DNA from: Octopus sinensis
Taxonomy: Eukaryota
Reading direction: 5' to 3'
Assembly: GCF_006345805.1 (NCBI RefSeq)
Contig: NC_042997.1
Location: 63,364,001 to 63,428,000 of the forward strand
DNA length: 64,000 bases
Made by a program: the position numbers and the translations under genes. The notes below the pieces were generated by a model, which made no database searches, was not told the origin of the DNA, and saw only the letters and a program-made list of their open reading frames with translations. Below, one piece after another: positions 51,129 to 64,000 of the stretch. Positions within the stretch are counted from its first letter, which is position 1, and each line of letters begins with the position of its first letter.

Positions 51129-51205
51129 ATATATATATCTATCAATCTATTTATCTATCTATCTGCCTGCTTGCCTGCTTGTCTGCCTACTTGTTTGCAT
51201 GTCTG

Positions 51206-51293
<88 letters not shown>

Positions 51294-51330
51294 GCGTTCT
51301 ATATAATTACATGTATATATATATATATAC
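50906..51330. repeat. About 390-bp (TATC)n (GATA) array with TGCC/TGTC variants
   Basis: Direct reading. Confidence 0.95.
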
Positions 51331-52610
51331 ATTCTTTGTATTATCACATTATCAGAAAGAACTCAATCAGCATCAATATTAAATCCGATACAGTCACCGC
51401 CATTAAAAACCTATCAACTCCTTCATGACTGAAAGCAATCCCACGAGAGCGGATGGTATTCCAGTGTATTTTAAATGTTGAATGGAATGTCTTTGAACAT
51501 AGATCAATGACAATTGACAGATTATACAGAAACAGCAATAATATTAACATGAATTATTTTAAGCACCATCACTACAAGCGATACCCATCTTCAACACCAG
51601 TCCCAGCCCCAACCTCAACCCCAGCTTCAGTCCCATAATCAATAGAAATAACTTCACCACTTCTAACACCCCACCAACTTTTGTATAATCAACTGTTAGC
51701 ACCAATAACAGACTCAGCATTATAACAATATTTCTAGTTACATATGTTGTATGTCAAAAGAAGTGTGAGTGTGTGAGTGTCTGTGTGTTAGTAGAATGTC
51801 GGAGTGTCATGGCTCAAGTCTGAGGTGCAAGGTGACCATGAAGTGACCATGAACCTCGTAAGCCTCCATTTATCTCTAATCAAACTGTATTTCCTCTCAT
51901 TTGTTTTCTTATTTCCCGTATTACATTCAAAAGAAAAATGTCACCAATTTATCATCGTTGCAAAAATTTCTTTCCAGGGCTATTTCTTAAAACGTATTTG
52001 TTGTGGATAATTACTGATTGTCACAGCTATTGGATTTACTGACAATATAAGATGTGGGGAAAGAAGTCATTTCTTGGAACTTAAAGCAGTCGTGCAAAAA
52101 GGAGCTGCCATAGGATTGCTCTGGATACTAAAATTGATGTTTTGAAAAGACTTGAAGCGAGAGAAACAAATCAACCACATTGCCAAAACATTAACATTTG
52201 CAACGTCTATAGTGGAGACACTACGTGACAATAGAGAGATAATTAAGATGAGAGCTCAATAAATTTATTTCATTAACTGCTTGCGTATCATCATTTTTAA
52301 TATAAAGTGATGCATACAAAAGGAATGGTTCTAGGCTGCATGGATACAGGTAATTAAAAAAAGAAAAGCCATAAATTTGCATTATGATTTCCAGAGAAAG
52401 GAAGGTAAAACTTCGAATGTGAATAATTTTCTTGCTAGTAAAAATTACCTTAAAATGTTTAAGAAGCACTTGAGTTTGCAATCATGAAAATGACGGAAGA
52501 AATTGTCAGTAAGGCTACATATTGTATTGAGTAGGTACAAAAGGTGACTGCTAAAGAAAGCTAGAGATCGGCGCATTTTATTTGAAATGTACACTCGCTG
52601 ATCGAGAAGA

Positions 52611-53144
52611 AAAATCGATATCGGAATTTAAAACTTTTAAACAGCATCTAACACTTCTTCTGAAAGAAAAATACCCCTGGAGATAAAGCTCAAACTCCCC
52701 TACTCGTGTATTACTTAAAAAATCTAAAGACATTCTAGGGACAGGCAAAGTTTTAATTGCCTCTGATTTGGCAGAGAATATTTTCCAATTGTAGTTTACA
52801 AACAGATTTTTGTCATGCTGCAGAAGGATATAGTGTCATACGTAACATTACCAACACAGCACTATTCCTTTTAGACAAAATCGATATCGGAATTTAAAAC
52901 TTTTAAACAGCATCTAACACTTCTTCTGAAAGAAAAATACCCCTGGAGATAAAGCTCAAACTCCCCTACTCGTGTATTACTTAAAAAATCTAAAGACATT
53001 CTAGGGACAGGCAAAGTTTTAATTGCCTCTGATTTGGCAGAGAATATTTTCCAATTGTAGTTTACAAACAGATTTTTGTCATGCTGCAGAAGGATATAGT
53101 GTCATACGTAACATTACCAACACAGCACTATTCCTTTTAGACAA
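52611..53144. repeat. Tandem duplication, period 266 bp (52611-52878 / 52877-53144)
   Basis: AAAATCGATATCGG at 52611 and 52877; TTAGACAA ends at 52878 and 53144; no mismatch spotted. Confidence 0.95.
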
Positions 53145-53737
53145 CACATCAACCACCCTCCAAAGAAGGCAAGGGTGCAGCCCTCCGCTGGCAAGGTCAT
53201 GCTCACAGTCTTCTGGGACCAGGACGGAGTAGTGATGACAGATTTCCTGGCAAAGGGTACCACAATTGCAGGAGCCTATTATGCTTCACTTTTGAGGAAA
53301 TTAAGAGGAGTTATCAAAACCAAGAGGCGGGGCAAGATCAGCAAATGAATCCTCCTCCTGCAGGACAACGCTCCGGTCCACAACTCGCTTGTCGCCAGAT
53401 CAGAAGCACAGGGGTATGGCTATGAACTCCCCCCATCCCCCCTACTTTCCTGACCTTGCACCCTCTGATTTTCCCCTCTTCCCAATCATGAAGTTGTTTT
53501 TGAAAGGAAAGCGTTTCCCAGATGATGCAGCCTTGATTTCTGAAGTCACGTTGAGATTGGAGGACCAGGCTGGGTTCTTCTACAAAAACGGTCTCCAGAG
53601 CCGCATCAAACGATGGGAGAAATGCGTAACTCTGGGTGGTTCCTATGTAGAAAAAGACTAACAACTGTGCCAAGTTTCGTTGCTCTACCCGCTATGGGAA
53701 GTGGGTCAGGGGCATTACTTATTGAACGCTCCTCGTA
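53145..53737 (+). mobile_element. 5'-truncated mariner (DD34D) transposase C-terminus and right TIR
   Basis: PPKKARVQPSAGKVMLTVFWD, LLQDNAPVH...HPPYFPDLAPSDF (34 spacing after frameshift correction), RWEKCVTLGGSYVEK; end TTATTGAACGCTCCTCGTA. Confidence 0.9.
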
Positions 53738-54298
53738 TATTCTCCAATTATATCATTGAAAATGCTCGGTCTAACGAACAAGGCATCTATTTGTGAAAGT
53801 ATAATTGGCAATCTTATTAACTCGGTTTGTAAAATTAAACTTATTTTATCTAAAGAATGAAATACAGAATGAGATGATATGAGTAAGAGACACCGAGGTT
53901 CTCTGATAGGATATTTTGAAACAATATTTAAATGCAGTACGTGTTTCTGTGAGTCAATACAAATAGATCTTTACATAATCTTTGAGAATTTCGTATATTC
54001 GTATCCTAAATGTTCTATTCTCGGCAGATGTATTTGCTTCAGTATTAATACACTGTTGTTAAGAAATTCACACACGTTTTCTCAATTTTCTGGTGTAGTT
54101 AAATGTGATTAATCTCTCTTGAAGAATGATAACAAACTGAAGAATTCGGCTTCAAGCTTTATGCAATGATTTATAGGCAGTAGCGTGGTTTATTCGTATG
54201 TTGCCAATCATTCACGCACAAGACATTTTCTTTTCCTGGTAAAATTTCGCCGTCTTTAAATATCTGTTTCAAATATCGATATAACATAAACACACACA

Positions 54299-54337
<39 letters not shown>

Positions 54338-54707
54338 GTATATCTATCTATCTATCTACCTAGCAAAGCAAGTTAGACAGATCAATATATAAAGTATATT
54401 AAACATATGAAATACAAAAGAATGTATACATACATATAAAAATGTTCACCGTATACAAAGTATAAATGGTATACATGATATAGAGAAAAAAAGGGGATGA
54501 GGAACAGTATTAAAAATCCAATAGATGTTGCTGGGGGCTCGGTGGTCCATGATAATATTTGTTGAGTGATTCCATCATAGAATGAGACGAGCTTCCGACT
54601 TCGGGGGAGAGATCTTACATTTGAGATGTAAAAGGAGAGAAGTTCAAGGATTGATTATTTCGATGCCCGCGCACACGCGCACATACACGCACACACTGAT
54701 ACATACA

Positions 54708-54738
<31 letters not shown>

Positions 54739-54829
54739 GTATATATGTGTATATCCTTTTTCTCTTTTTAATTTAGTGTTTATTTTGACCGGCGACCTGT
54801 CTGGTACAAAGTTTCTTATTTTGTTGATC

Positions 54830-55330
54830 AACCTTTAAATCTGAAGGAGTTCTTGCAGGTTGTTATCATCCCACATATCGAGATCATTTTTCGTGAATGA
54901 ATTAAGGAGTAGCGTTCTCTCCCCAAGAACCCGAGTTCAACCGTACTTTGTTCCATACGGGTTTGTATGCAACCTTTTTTGCCAAGAATATTAGGTATGC
55001 ATCTTGGGCACTGAATTTTCAAACACTTTATCCAGCTTTCATAGATATCCTCCTAATCTTGTATTTTTCTAACCATATTATTGTTTAGAGGCCACTTGAT
55101 TTCCACAATACAGCATAGTTTTTTCTTGATGTCTTACACAAAAATCCCTGGTCAGTTGTTTCATTTGGTGAGTGTTTTAATTTTTAGTTCTACCAAAATT
55201 TCCTTGACCTGTCGGTCTAAATATAGTGGAGATCGTCTTTTGGTACTTTTGTTTTCCTTATCTTGTATCAAACTGTTCTGGACACCTCACCAAACCCCAT
55301 TGGAAGATAACATCTGGAAGACTTTCTTTC
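54830..55330 (-). mobile_element. Decayed RLE-type non-LTR retrotransposon 3' end (distinct family)
   Basis: Minus remnants (RPD-like)..HQEK...EIKC/PLNN-like, EDIY, LKIQCP, ELGFLGRE, MISICG..CKNS.RF. Confidence 0.5.
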
Positions 55331-55564
55331 AAAGTGATTGAACTTACATAATGCGAAAGAAAAATCGAAAAGATGCCTTTGCAGGCTTTGTTGGTCAAAA
55401 GTAATAAAAAAAAACAGGTCGATGTTTTTTTAATTGGTTAGTGAAAAAATTACATTTTCTGCCAAAACTTCGATTATACAATGTTATATCACTTTCTACA
55501 CGCTTGTTTTCCATAATCATATTTTATTATTCAGCATTTTACGTTAACGCTTTCCGTTCCCCCA

Positions 55565-55710
<146 letters not shown>

Positions 55711-56562
55711 TGTATGTGCATATGTACGCCGCTTTGTGAGTGTACATATATGTATTCTTATAGGTATAAAATTTGCATTGATAGTGATAATGCTGTAGTA
55801 ATTGTGTGCCGTTTGCGTGCTTTATAGTAGGTAGCACAGGATCATGCAAATGTAACTGTATCTCACAAAATTGCCATCGCCAGATTTAACATTATCCAGT
55901 GGTCAAATACTGGTGGTTTCATCGTTTATTTAATCCGTATTGTCACTGTGGTGAGCATTGATTAGCATTTTATGGATAAAGCATATGCGAATCTTTTCTC
56001 GTTTTTTTCTTCGTTTTGTTTTTGGTATTCTATGTTCAATGTTTCAACTGTCAACCTATACATTTCTCTCGTAGGTTTGACATGCACAGTATTACATACA
56101 ATGTGTAAATGTCGTGTAAATGTATGATCAACCGACAACAACGTTTCGTAAATGTATCTATCTCCGATGCAACAGTGATGATAAATTCACAACTTTCAAG
56201 TTTACGTTCAGATTAATATATCATCATTTGTCTGCATTACGTCCTAAGACCCTCTAGATTGTTGATGAGTAGGGTTTTCCATTATGCTTCCTTTGTAATG
56301 TAGTTCACTGTGCTGCATGTTGTCTCCTACGGAGGTTTATTTACTTTAAGGATGAATGCATACACTCTTTAACTAATGTACCTTCTGTTTGTAGTTTGTT
56401 AGATGGGTGGCTTGCGCAATTTTACTTATGTATCATTGTAGCTGCATATAGATACTTGATTGTATATATACATATACGTGTGTATATGTATGTACATATG
56501 TATATATGCATTCACCCCACAAAACACAAACATGTGTCTCTGTGATTATATATGCAACACAT

Positions 56563-56595
<33 letters not shown>

Positions 56596-56935
56596 CAGTA
56601 TAAATTATGTGTCAGTGATTTCAAGGAAATATTACATCTGGCCTTAATCGGGTTTAGTATTTATTATACTATACTATGAATCTTCCATAGCAGCTTTCTC
56701 TCCGTAACTTACAAAGCCTTCCATTTACAAATATATGTAGTGTTAGGCAAGTATATATTTACTAAATTTGGCCAAAGTTGATGGGTGAGTATTGTCCCAA
56801 ACGGGATGCGCAAGGAGGTGCGTCAGCGTCGATTTGTGGAGTCGATACTGGCTGGGAATAGCTCATCGTTTTTCAGTCATTTGTTTGTATTTAAAAACTG
56901 TTGGTTCAGATCAGACAATAAAATATTATTATGAC

Positions 56936-56995
<60 letters not shown>

Positions 56996-57819
56996 ATATA
57001 TATTAATATATATATATATATATGTGTGTGTTTGTGTGTGTATGTATAATCATATGAATTCAATATACAGACACTTTTCCCATTTATCCTTGAATTATGT
57101 ACACACATTCAGATGTTATTTTTAAGCTACATGCATACATACATACAACTTAAAATATATTTTGGTTCTTACACTTAAATTTTCGTTTCAAAATATGGTA
57201 GTGTATATTGCATTTTTTAACTTTACTATAACTTTTTTTAATAATGTGTTTTAAGTCCCGCATTGGCACTTGTGAGTATACAGTATTCTATGTATTTTCT
57301 GGTAGTAGCTCAAACGAGGAAAAATTCGACGAGAATTTTATATTTTACATTTTAGGTGCAAAACAGTGGCCTCCAACTTAATGCTTTCACACCGTCACTG
57401 GTTATATGAAAATATGACATTAAATTCGAGGTCCTTGGAGCCTTGTTTTGGGACTATTACTAGACATATTCATTCAATCGCATTAGTCTTAATTTTCGAC
57501 GCAAAAAGTATAGTCACATAATATTAATGAACGGACGTAGAGTGGAACCTACAAAAAGTTCTAAAGCAATCACTTGATTTCCTCTATCACATTTGACTGA
57601 TAAAAACAGCTTTGATTGTTTGTTATTGTTACTAGATATGTTCACTCTACCGAAATAGATTTAACTTAGGGCGACATCCATATTGTCACAGGATATAAAA
57701 GAGCGGATGCAGCGGGTGAACTTAGAAAACTTTTTAAACCAAATCACGTAAACATTCAAAACAGATATGAATCTAAGCCATATATATTTATGTTTATATG
57801 TGTGTACCATTGTGTGTGA

Positions 57820-57938
57820 GTGCGTATGTATGTATGCATGTATGCATGTATGTATGTACATATATATACATACATACATACATACATATATATATATGTA
57901 TATATATATGTATATATATATATGTATATATATGTATA

Positions 57939-58008
<70 letters not shown>

Positions 58009-58020
58009 GTATATACGTAC
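57820..58020. repeat. (TA)n/(TATG)n/(CATA)n microsatellite
   Basis: Direct reading. Confidence 0.95.
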
Positions 58021-58337
58021 TTGTTGCATGTTGCATTTGTCATCAGGGGTAATAATAGGGAATATGGAAAACGTAAAATAATCATAATATACCTTCTATA
58101 AAAATTTCTAGGAGGTTACACAAAATGATGACATTTTCAGATCATAAATGAATAAAAACAATGTATTTTTTACTTTAAAATAAAATAATAAAATCCGATT
58201 AACAATACTCTAAAAGGAAACAGATATGAAGACAAAATTGCTCTCCGTGTTCATTTTATATGTTGAAAGCTTACACCACCTCTTTTTTTTCTTTCACTTT
58301 TCTTTTTTTCTTTTTCTCGTCCGCTTCTCCATCCCAG

Positions 58338-58350
58338 ACTATCTATCTAC

Positions 58351-58437
<87 letters not shown>

Positions 58438-58508
58438 ACTATCTATCTCACTATCTATCTATATATCTATCTATCTATATATCTATCTATCTATCTATCT
58501 ATCTATCT
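58338..58508. repeat. (TATC)n array
   Basis: Direct reading. Confidence 0.95.
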
Positions 58509-59299
58509 AACGAAATTCAGTTGAATGTAATATGCAAATTGGCTGTTCATTTCGAAACGTAATCCCTTATGTTATATCAGAGTTTATGAAAGATAGATTT
58601 ACAATGAATTGTCAACTTACAATTACTTATAAATGTATATTTTTTTTTAAATAACAACTATTTTATTTTCCAATATGCTACTTTCATATATTAATTATGC
58701 CAGAGTGCCAAGAGATGAAAATAATCTATATTTATTTATCTTATCTCCTCGTCATCCCGATCCCGCCCCCTCTATTTCTTATGATCGGCCCAGTGTGAGT
58801 GGGTAGAATTCTTTTATTCATTGGCTGTCGAGTTTGTGCATTCCACCTGCATCTGTTACGTAAACGCTTTTACATTACGATCCAAAACGTGACTGGAAAA
58901 ATCAAGCAACCAAAATATATATCGGCTATTATTATATGGTGATATACGCATATACATATCATATAGAGGATACGCGCGCATAGGAGTGAGCGTTGCTATG
59001 CATATTGTGTTTTGTATAATTATAATGATATTTTCCATATTAAATAGAACCACGTTATTCACATTGTAAACAAATATATATTAGACAAACGATCATCAAC
59101 GTTAAAGTCATAAAAAGGTTTCGTACATTATTTTTGTTTTCAAAGAATTTCTATAAAGATATCAAACACTCTAACTTGTGATTATGATATGAATATGATA
59201 TACACGCGCAAACACACACACATACATGCAAACATATGCACACATGAACACACATGCACACACATGCACACACACACACACGTACACAAACATTCTTCT

Positions 59300-59585
59300 A
59301 TTATTTTCTTTTATTCTTTTATTAGTTACAGTCATTTGACTGCGGTAATGCTGGAGCACCGCTTTGTTCGAACAAATCGACCGCAGGACTCATTCTTTGT
59401 AAGCCTAGTACTTATTCTATTGGCCTCTTTTATCAAACCGCCAGGTTACAGGGAGTTAAACACAGACACACATTCACAAACACACACATATATATACGAT
59501 GGGCTTCTTTCAGTTTCCTTCCACCAAATTCACTCGCAATACATTGGTTGGCCCGAGCCTATACTAGAAAACACTTGCCCATCGT
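59300..59585 (-). mobile_element. SINE (family of 12033-12400), head truncated
   Basis: CAGTCATTTGACTGCGG..ATGCTGGAGCACC; CTTCTTTCAGTTTCC..CCAAATTCACTC..ACACTTGCCCA. Confidence 0.7.
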
Positions 59586-59586
59586 C

Positions 59587-59626
<40 letters not shown>

Positions 59627-60776
59627 GTGTGTGTGCGTTTGTGTGTGTATACATATGTATATGATGTGTACCCGTATTATACACACACACATAATATATT
59701 TGAATAAAAACTTTAAATCACTTATGACTGGCTTGTCATCCAACTTAATTAGCTTAAACACTTACTGATGATTTATCATGAAGCTCGTATAAAATTTATA
59801 TAGTGCCTAGGCGACAATCCCACGTTTTTCTCCCCTCTCTCTCTTTTTCTTATACAAGCACACACATGTACATGTGTGTGTTCATTGTTCACACATTTGT
59901 ATATATATATATGTGTGTGTATGTGTGTTTGCGTGTATGTGCGCACGCGTGCTTTATAACGTACACTGTGCTTGAGTTCAAATTTATCTCATCTTATATG
60001 GTAGTATATATTAGATTTACATCTGGGAAATGAATCCAACAACAGAAATCATCAGAGACGAAATTCTTGGAGAAATGTTTACAAAGTGAAATACCAAGTC
60101 ATTAATACTGTATTAATTTTAATTTTTATTGAATTGTATTCTGATATTCTGACCAATTGATAACAATTCCTCTGTCACGTCCGGATACATCAAGCAAAGC
60201 TCAACCATACCCCACATCCATGCCACTTTATAATACATATTACCCTTGACTACCATTAGTATTTTTCCTGCACCACCATTAGCAATAGATCCATCGCAAT
60301 CATGAAAATCTAAAACAATAGCTAAATCATGTTTGCCATATGACTGCAGTCGCGTTGGTCTTTTTGTTTTTCTACTTATATGACAATACAGTGCATTGCG
60401 ATGCTAAAATGCTTAATCCCCCAATGATTTAGTCAGAAGAAAGCATGTCAAATATCTATTAGTAACCGGAAACCTTTCCAAAATTAGGAAATAACATAGC
60501 TAAAGTTCTGCAAATGAATATTAAGAATAATATAATCAATGATTTTATCATATACCCTTTTGTGAAAGTTGTTTAATGTGGAGGACACGATGGAAATGAA
60601 AGCAAATATAGCAGCAAAATAATCCGCAACCATGAAAGGGAAACCGAATTATTTTATTTTCGTCATTTAACAGCCCAATGAGATAAAACAAATTATCTCC
60701 ATTATCGCATTTCTGCTCACATACAGAGACACATAAACAGAATAGAAGTATCAGCAAGTTCGCCTGATCACACGCG

Positions 60777-60845
<69 letters not shown>

Positions 60846-62699
60846 TATATATATATAAGTAGTGTATATATGACATTAGTAGAGTTATCGATTCGCACTG
60901 CAACTTCTCCCTAAGCGCTGCACGCGCGAGTGTGTGGGCATCTGTGTATACGTGTGCGCGTGAGTGTAGGCATGTGTGTGTGTGTGTATGTGTGTGTATC
61001 TGTGAGTGAGGCAGTAAAATAGAGACACACAGCTAGGGAGAGGTAAGCGACAATTATCAGTGCATTTGTGTGCGTAATTCCATGTGGCTATTTTACCATC
61101 GTTTTTATTTCGCGTTATGTCATTCATGATCGTGTAAATCTACAATCAGACATTTTCTTGTCGCGATTATTGTTGTCTATTTAGAAATAAATTGGGCATC
61201 ATGTAGTCTGATATATCAGTCATGGTTTTACAGATATTGGTATATAAAATAAGGAAGGTTAGACATCTATTTCCAGCAAACAGAAGGACTGCACAGACGC
61301 TGGGTCGTGTGTTTACTCAGGCAGGAAGTCTTAATCCACATGACACTGAATCATAATGCCCTTATGGTATAGTAGGTCAATGTGTAATAAGTCTACACTA
61401 TATAAGTACGAGGAAGTCTTCATATTTTGTAGTTCAAATTTGGACGATCTCCAAGAAACTTGAAATATTCTCGAAGCAGATGGAATTGAAACCAAAACAT
61501 TAATCTAAACTAGAAAAGTTCAAACAAGAAGGAAACAAAATCAATTGTTTATCTAATTAAATAATGATATCAAACCCGATAACTAATGACTTTCATAAAC
61601 GAGTAATGAAGGGGATCAGTGGGAGTAATTGAGTAATATATTGGCCCAGCCATTTCCCGGGAGCAAAGGCAATTCATGCACGGTCTGTAGCTCGTCCATG
61701 TCTATGAGTGACTTTATATTCAACAGCCGGTTGACAATACTGGATGCATTCTAGGATATTTATCTGAATAGCAGCACCATATCATGTGCGAGATCAATAG
61801 TTCATTGTGGGACTCCACTGAACTTTTTGGTGAACAATAACTGTTGGGGTATGCTAAAGAAATATCTGGCTTTGAAGAGAAATACCAGTCGTTGGAAATT
61901 GACTGCAGTTATGTAAGATTGCGTTAAATATAAACCGGTGTGTCAGGAAGACGAAATGCTATAATTTTAAATGTAAATATTCACAAATATTCATCCATGT
62001 CACGTATGATCCAATTACACAGTTTGTCGAAAACCTCCGCGGTGCAAATGTGATGCAGGATCTCTCAGCAGGCTTGTGCTACGGATGCCAAATCTCCTTG
62101 ATCAGCAGCAGATAGGTCACTTATAAGTGTTTCAAAATAAGGCATTTTGTACGAGTAGAGCTTGTTATCACGTATTACATTCATAAAATACAACTTGAAC
62201 TTGTACCTCGAGACAACCTATTACTGTTTTGTGACTGACATTCGTCAAAGATAATAAAGTGCAACATTGTAGGATTAAATCACACAATGAAATTAATTGA
62301 GATTTAAAAACCATTTGTGTTATTTCAAACAATTCAAAAAAAACATTTTAAGTTTTATTAAAATGTCTACTATTTAATTTATTCTGAGATTAATATAATT
62401 TGCTTTGAAACTATTGTAATTTTGATTGCTAAGTTTCACAAGATCATTAAATTATTTCGATTTTATATATTGTTTTCAATTAACCTCCACTTGATTTAAA
62501 TTTGTAAGAGCTTGTATTTATACCTCAAATAGCGTAAACTATGCAGTTTAAAGGAATTAAATAGAATTGAATTACTTAAACAAATATCAATAGCTAAATT
62601 GAGAAGTGTATTAGAAGGAGTAATAGCAAGTCTCAACAAGAAGGACACAATTCAAACTGTCAAGTATATGAAGGAGTGGTTACGTACGCGTGCGCGCAT

Positions 62700-62865
62700 A
62701 ACTACTTACATAATATATATATATATTATATATATATATTTATAAGGATAGATAGATAGTTATATATATAATATAAATATATATATTTGTATATATATAT
62801 CTGTATACATTAACGTATTTGCATATATGTATATATACACACATAGCTATATATATATACATATC

Positions 62866-62956
<91 letters not shown>

Positions 62957-63100
62957 TATATTTGCATATATGCTGACATAATATATTATAGTATGATATA
63001 TTATATATATATTATATATTATATATATATATATATGTATGTATATATATATATATATATATACATATATGTATATATACATATACATGCATACATACAT
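62700..63100. repeat. Extended (TA)n-type low-complexity tract
   Basis: Direct reading. Confidence 0.95.
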
Positions 63101-63101
63101 A

Positions 63102-63365
63102 CTGTGCTGCAGTGGTGGAAAAGTTAAACTTCCTGCAATCCCCCAAACTCCAGAGCCATTGAAGGAAATTGTTGTCATCAACTGACCAAGATTCCAAACA
63201 CTTCTAAAGCAATATTAGACAACACAATGCTGGACTAAAGATGACATCATTTAGAGCCACAAGAGATTTAACTGAGTCAGGATTCCTGCAAACATTCAAG
63301 ATCCAAGGTTAGATTTACCATCGCATAGGCTCTCTACTACCTCTGTCAAATGAATCACCAAAATC
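63102..63365 (+). mobile_element. Helitron Rep/Hel N-terminal coding remnant
   Basis: [54 protein letters not shown], matching conserved Helitron-like_N upstream motifs. Confidence 0.8.
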
Positions 63366-63665
63366 GGTCTTTCATTGTTTATAATCTGTACCTGTTTGTT
63401 GGTTACGAAACAAGCTACACAAAACAGGTTTTTGAATTACATGTATTTTCTTTATATAAATATATGAGTTGAAAACTTACTTTTAACATTTCTTCTAATA
63501 TCTATCTTCCATGCGGGCATGCGTTGGACAGTTATTAATATAGAAAGTTGGTATCTCTGCCATTAGCAGTTGATTACCTGCGTAATCTAGACGGCATTTA
63601 AACATTTCCTTATACTTTTTAACTCTGTAATTTCCTGTATTATAAATATATATATACATATACTC

Positions 63666-64000
63666 AATCCCAAAGTGTTCTTTTCATTTGCAAAAAAACA
63701 CAGTCACTGGTTCTACTGTTGGCCCTCTGATTGATCAAAATGGTACTCTTCAAGACAATGCCAAAACCATGGGAGAGATATTGCAGAAACAATATTGCTC
63801 TGTTTTCAGCAATCCTGATATGACTGATCCTGGCTGTATCAGTGATGTTACTCCCCAATACACTTTATCGGACATAACATTTGGCGCTTCTGATGTCTTA
63901 GCAGCAATAAAGGAAATGAAGCACAATTCAGCAGTAGGTCCCGATAAGTTCCCTGCTTGTGTCTTGAAGATGTGTCAACACCAACTTACACCCCCTCTAG
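63666..64000 (+). mobile_element. CR1-clade LINE ORF2 fragment (EN-RT linker), runs off the window end
   Basis: NPKVFFSFAKK / VGPLIDQNG..LQKQYCSVFS..ITF..DVLAAIKEMK..SAVGPDKFPACVLK; one frameshift near 63700, otherwise open. Confidence 0.8.

Noticed and set aside
50850-51428. (YLSI)n ORFs, also at 35562, 49138, 55441, 58226
   Set aside because: (TATC)n arrays
57661-58101. Overlapping (YI)n ORFs on both strands, also at 62810-63197
   Set aside because: (TA)n arrays
61400-62150. Possible transposase or exon remnants
   Set aside because: Frames interrupted by stops, no catalytic motifs or matching TIR found

Overview
AT-rich eukaryotic (animal) non-genic or intronic DNA dominated by microsatellites and decayed mobile elements. 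The repeat repertoire (tRNA/CORE-type SINEs with internal microsatellites, TAA-targeting Dong/R4 LINEs, Penelope-like elements, Tc1/mariner/maT, CR1, Helitron remnants) resembles that of octopus genomes; this is an inference from repeat recognition, not a database result. No host protein-coding gene could be identified with confidence. Most ORF-track entries are translated microsatellites or TE fragments, and a few splice-site-bounded exon candidates are listed at low confidence. No rRNA, true tRNA or CRISPR array is present. The most interesting structure is in the first 5 kb: several type I hammerhead-ribozyme (HHR) motifs in Penelope-type repeats. These include a 702-bp head-to-tail dimer in which each unit carries an HHR with an intact catalytic core (retrozyme-like layout), next to a (TAA)n site occupied by two different Dong/R4 LINE families. 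All alignments and translations were done by eye.
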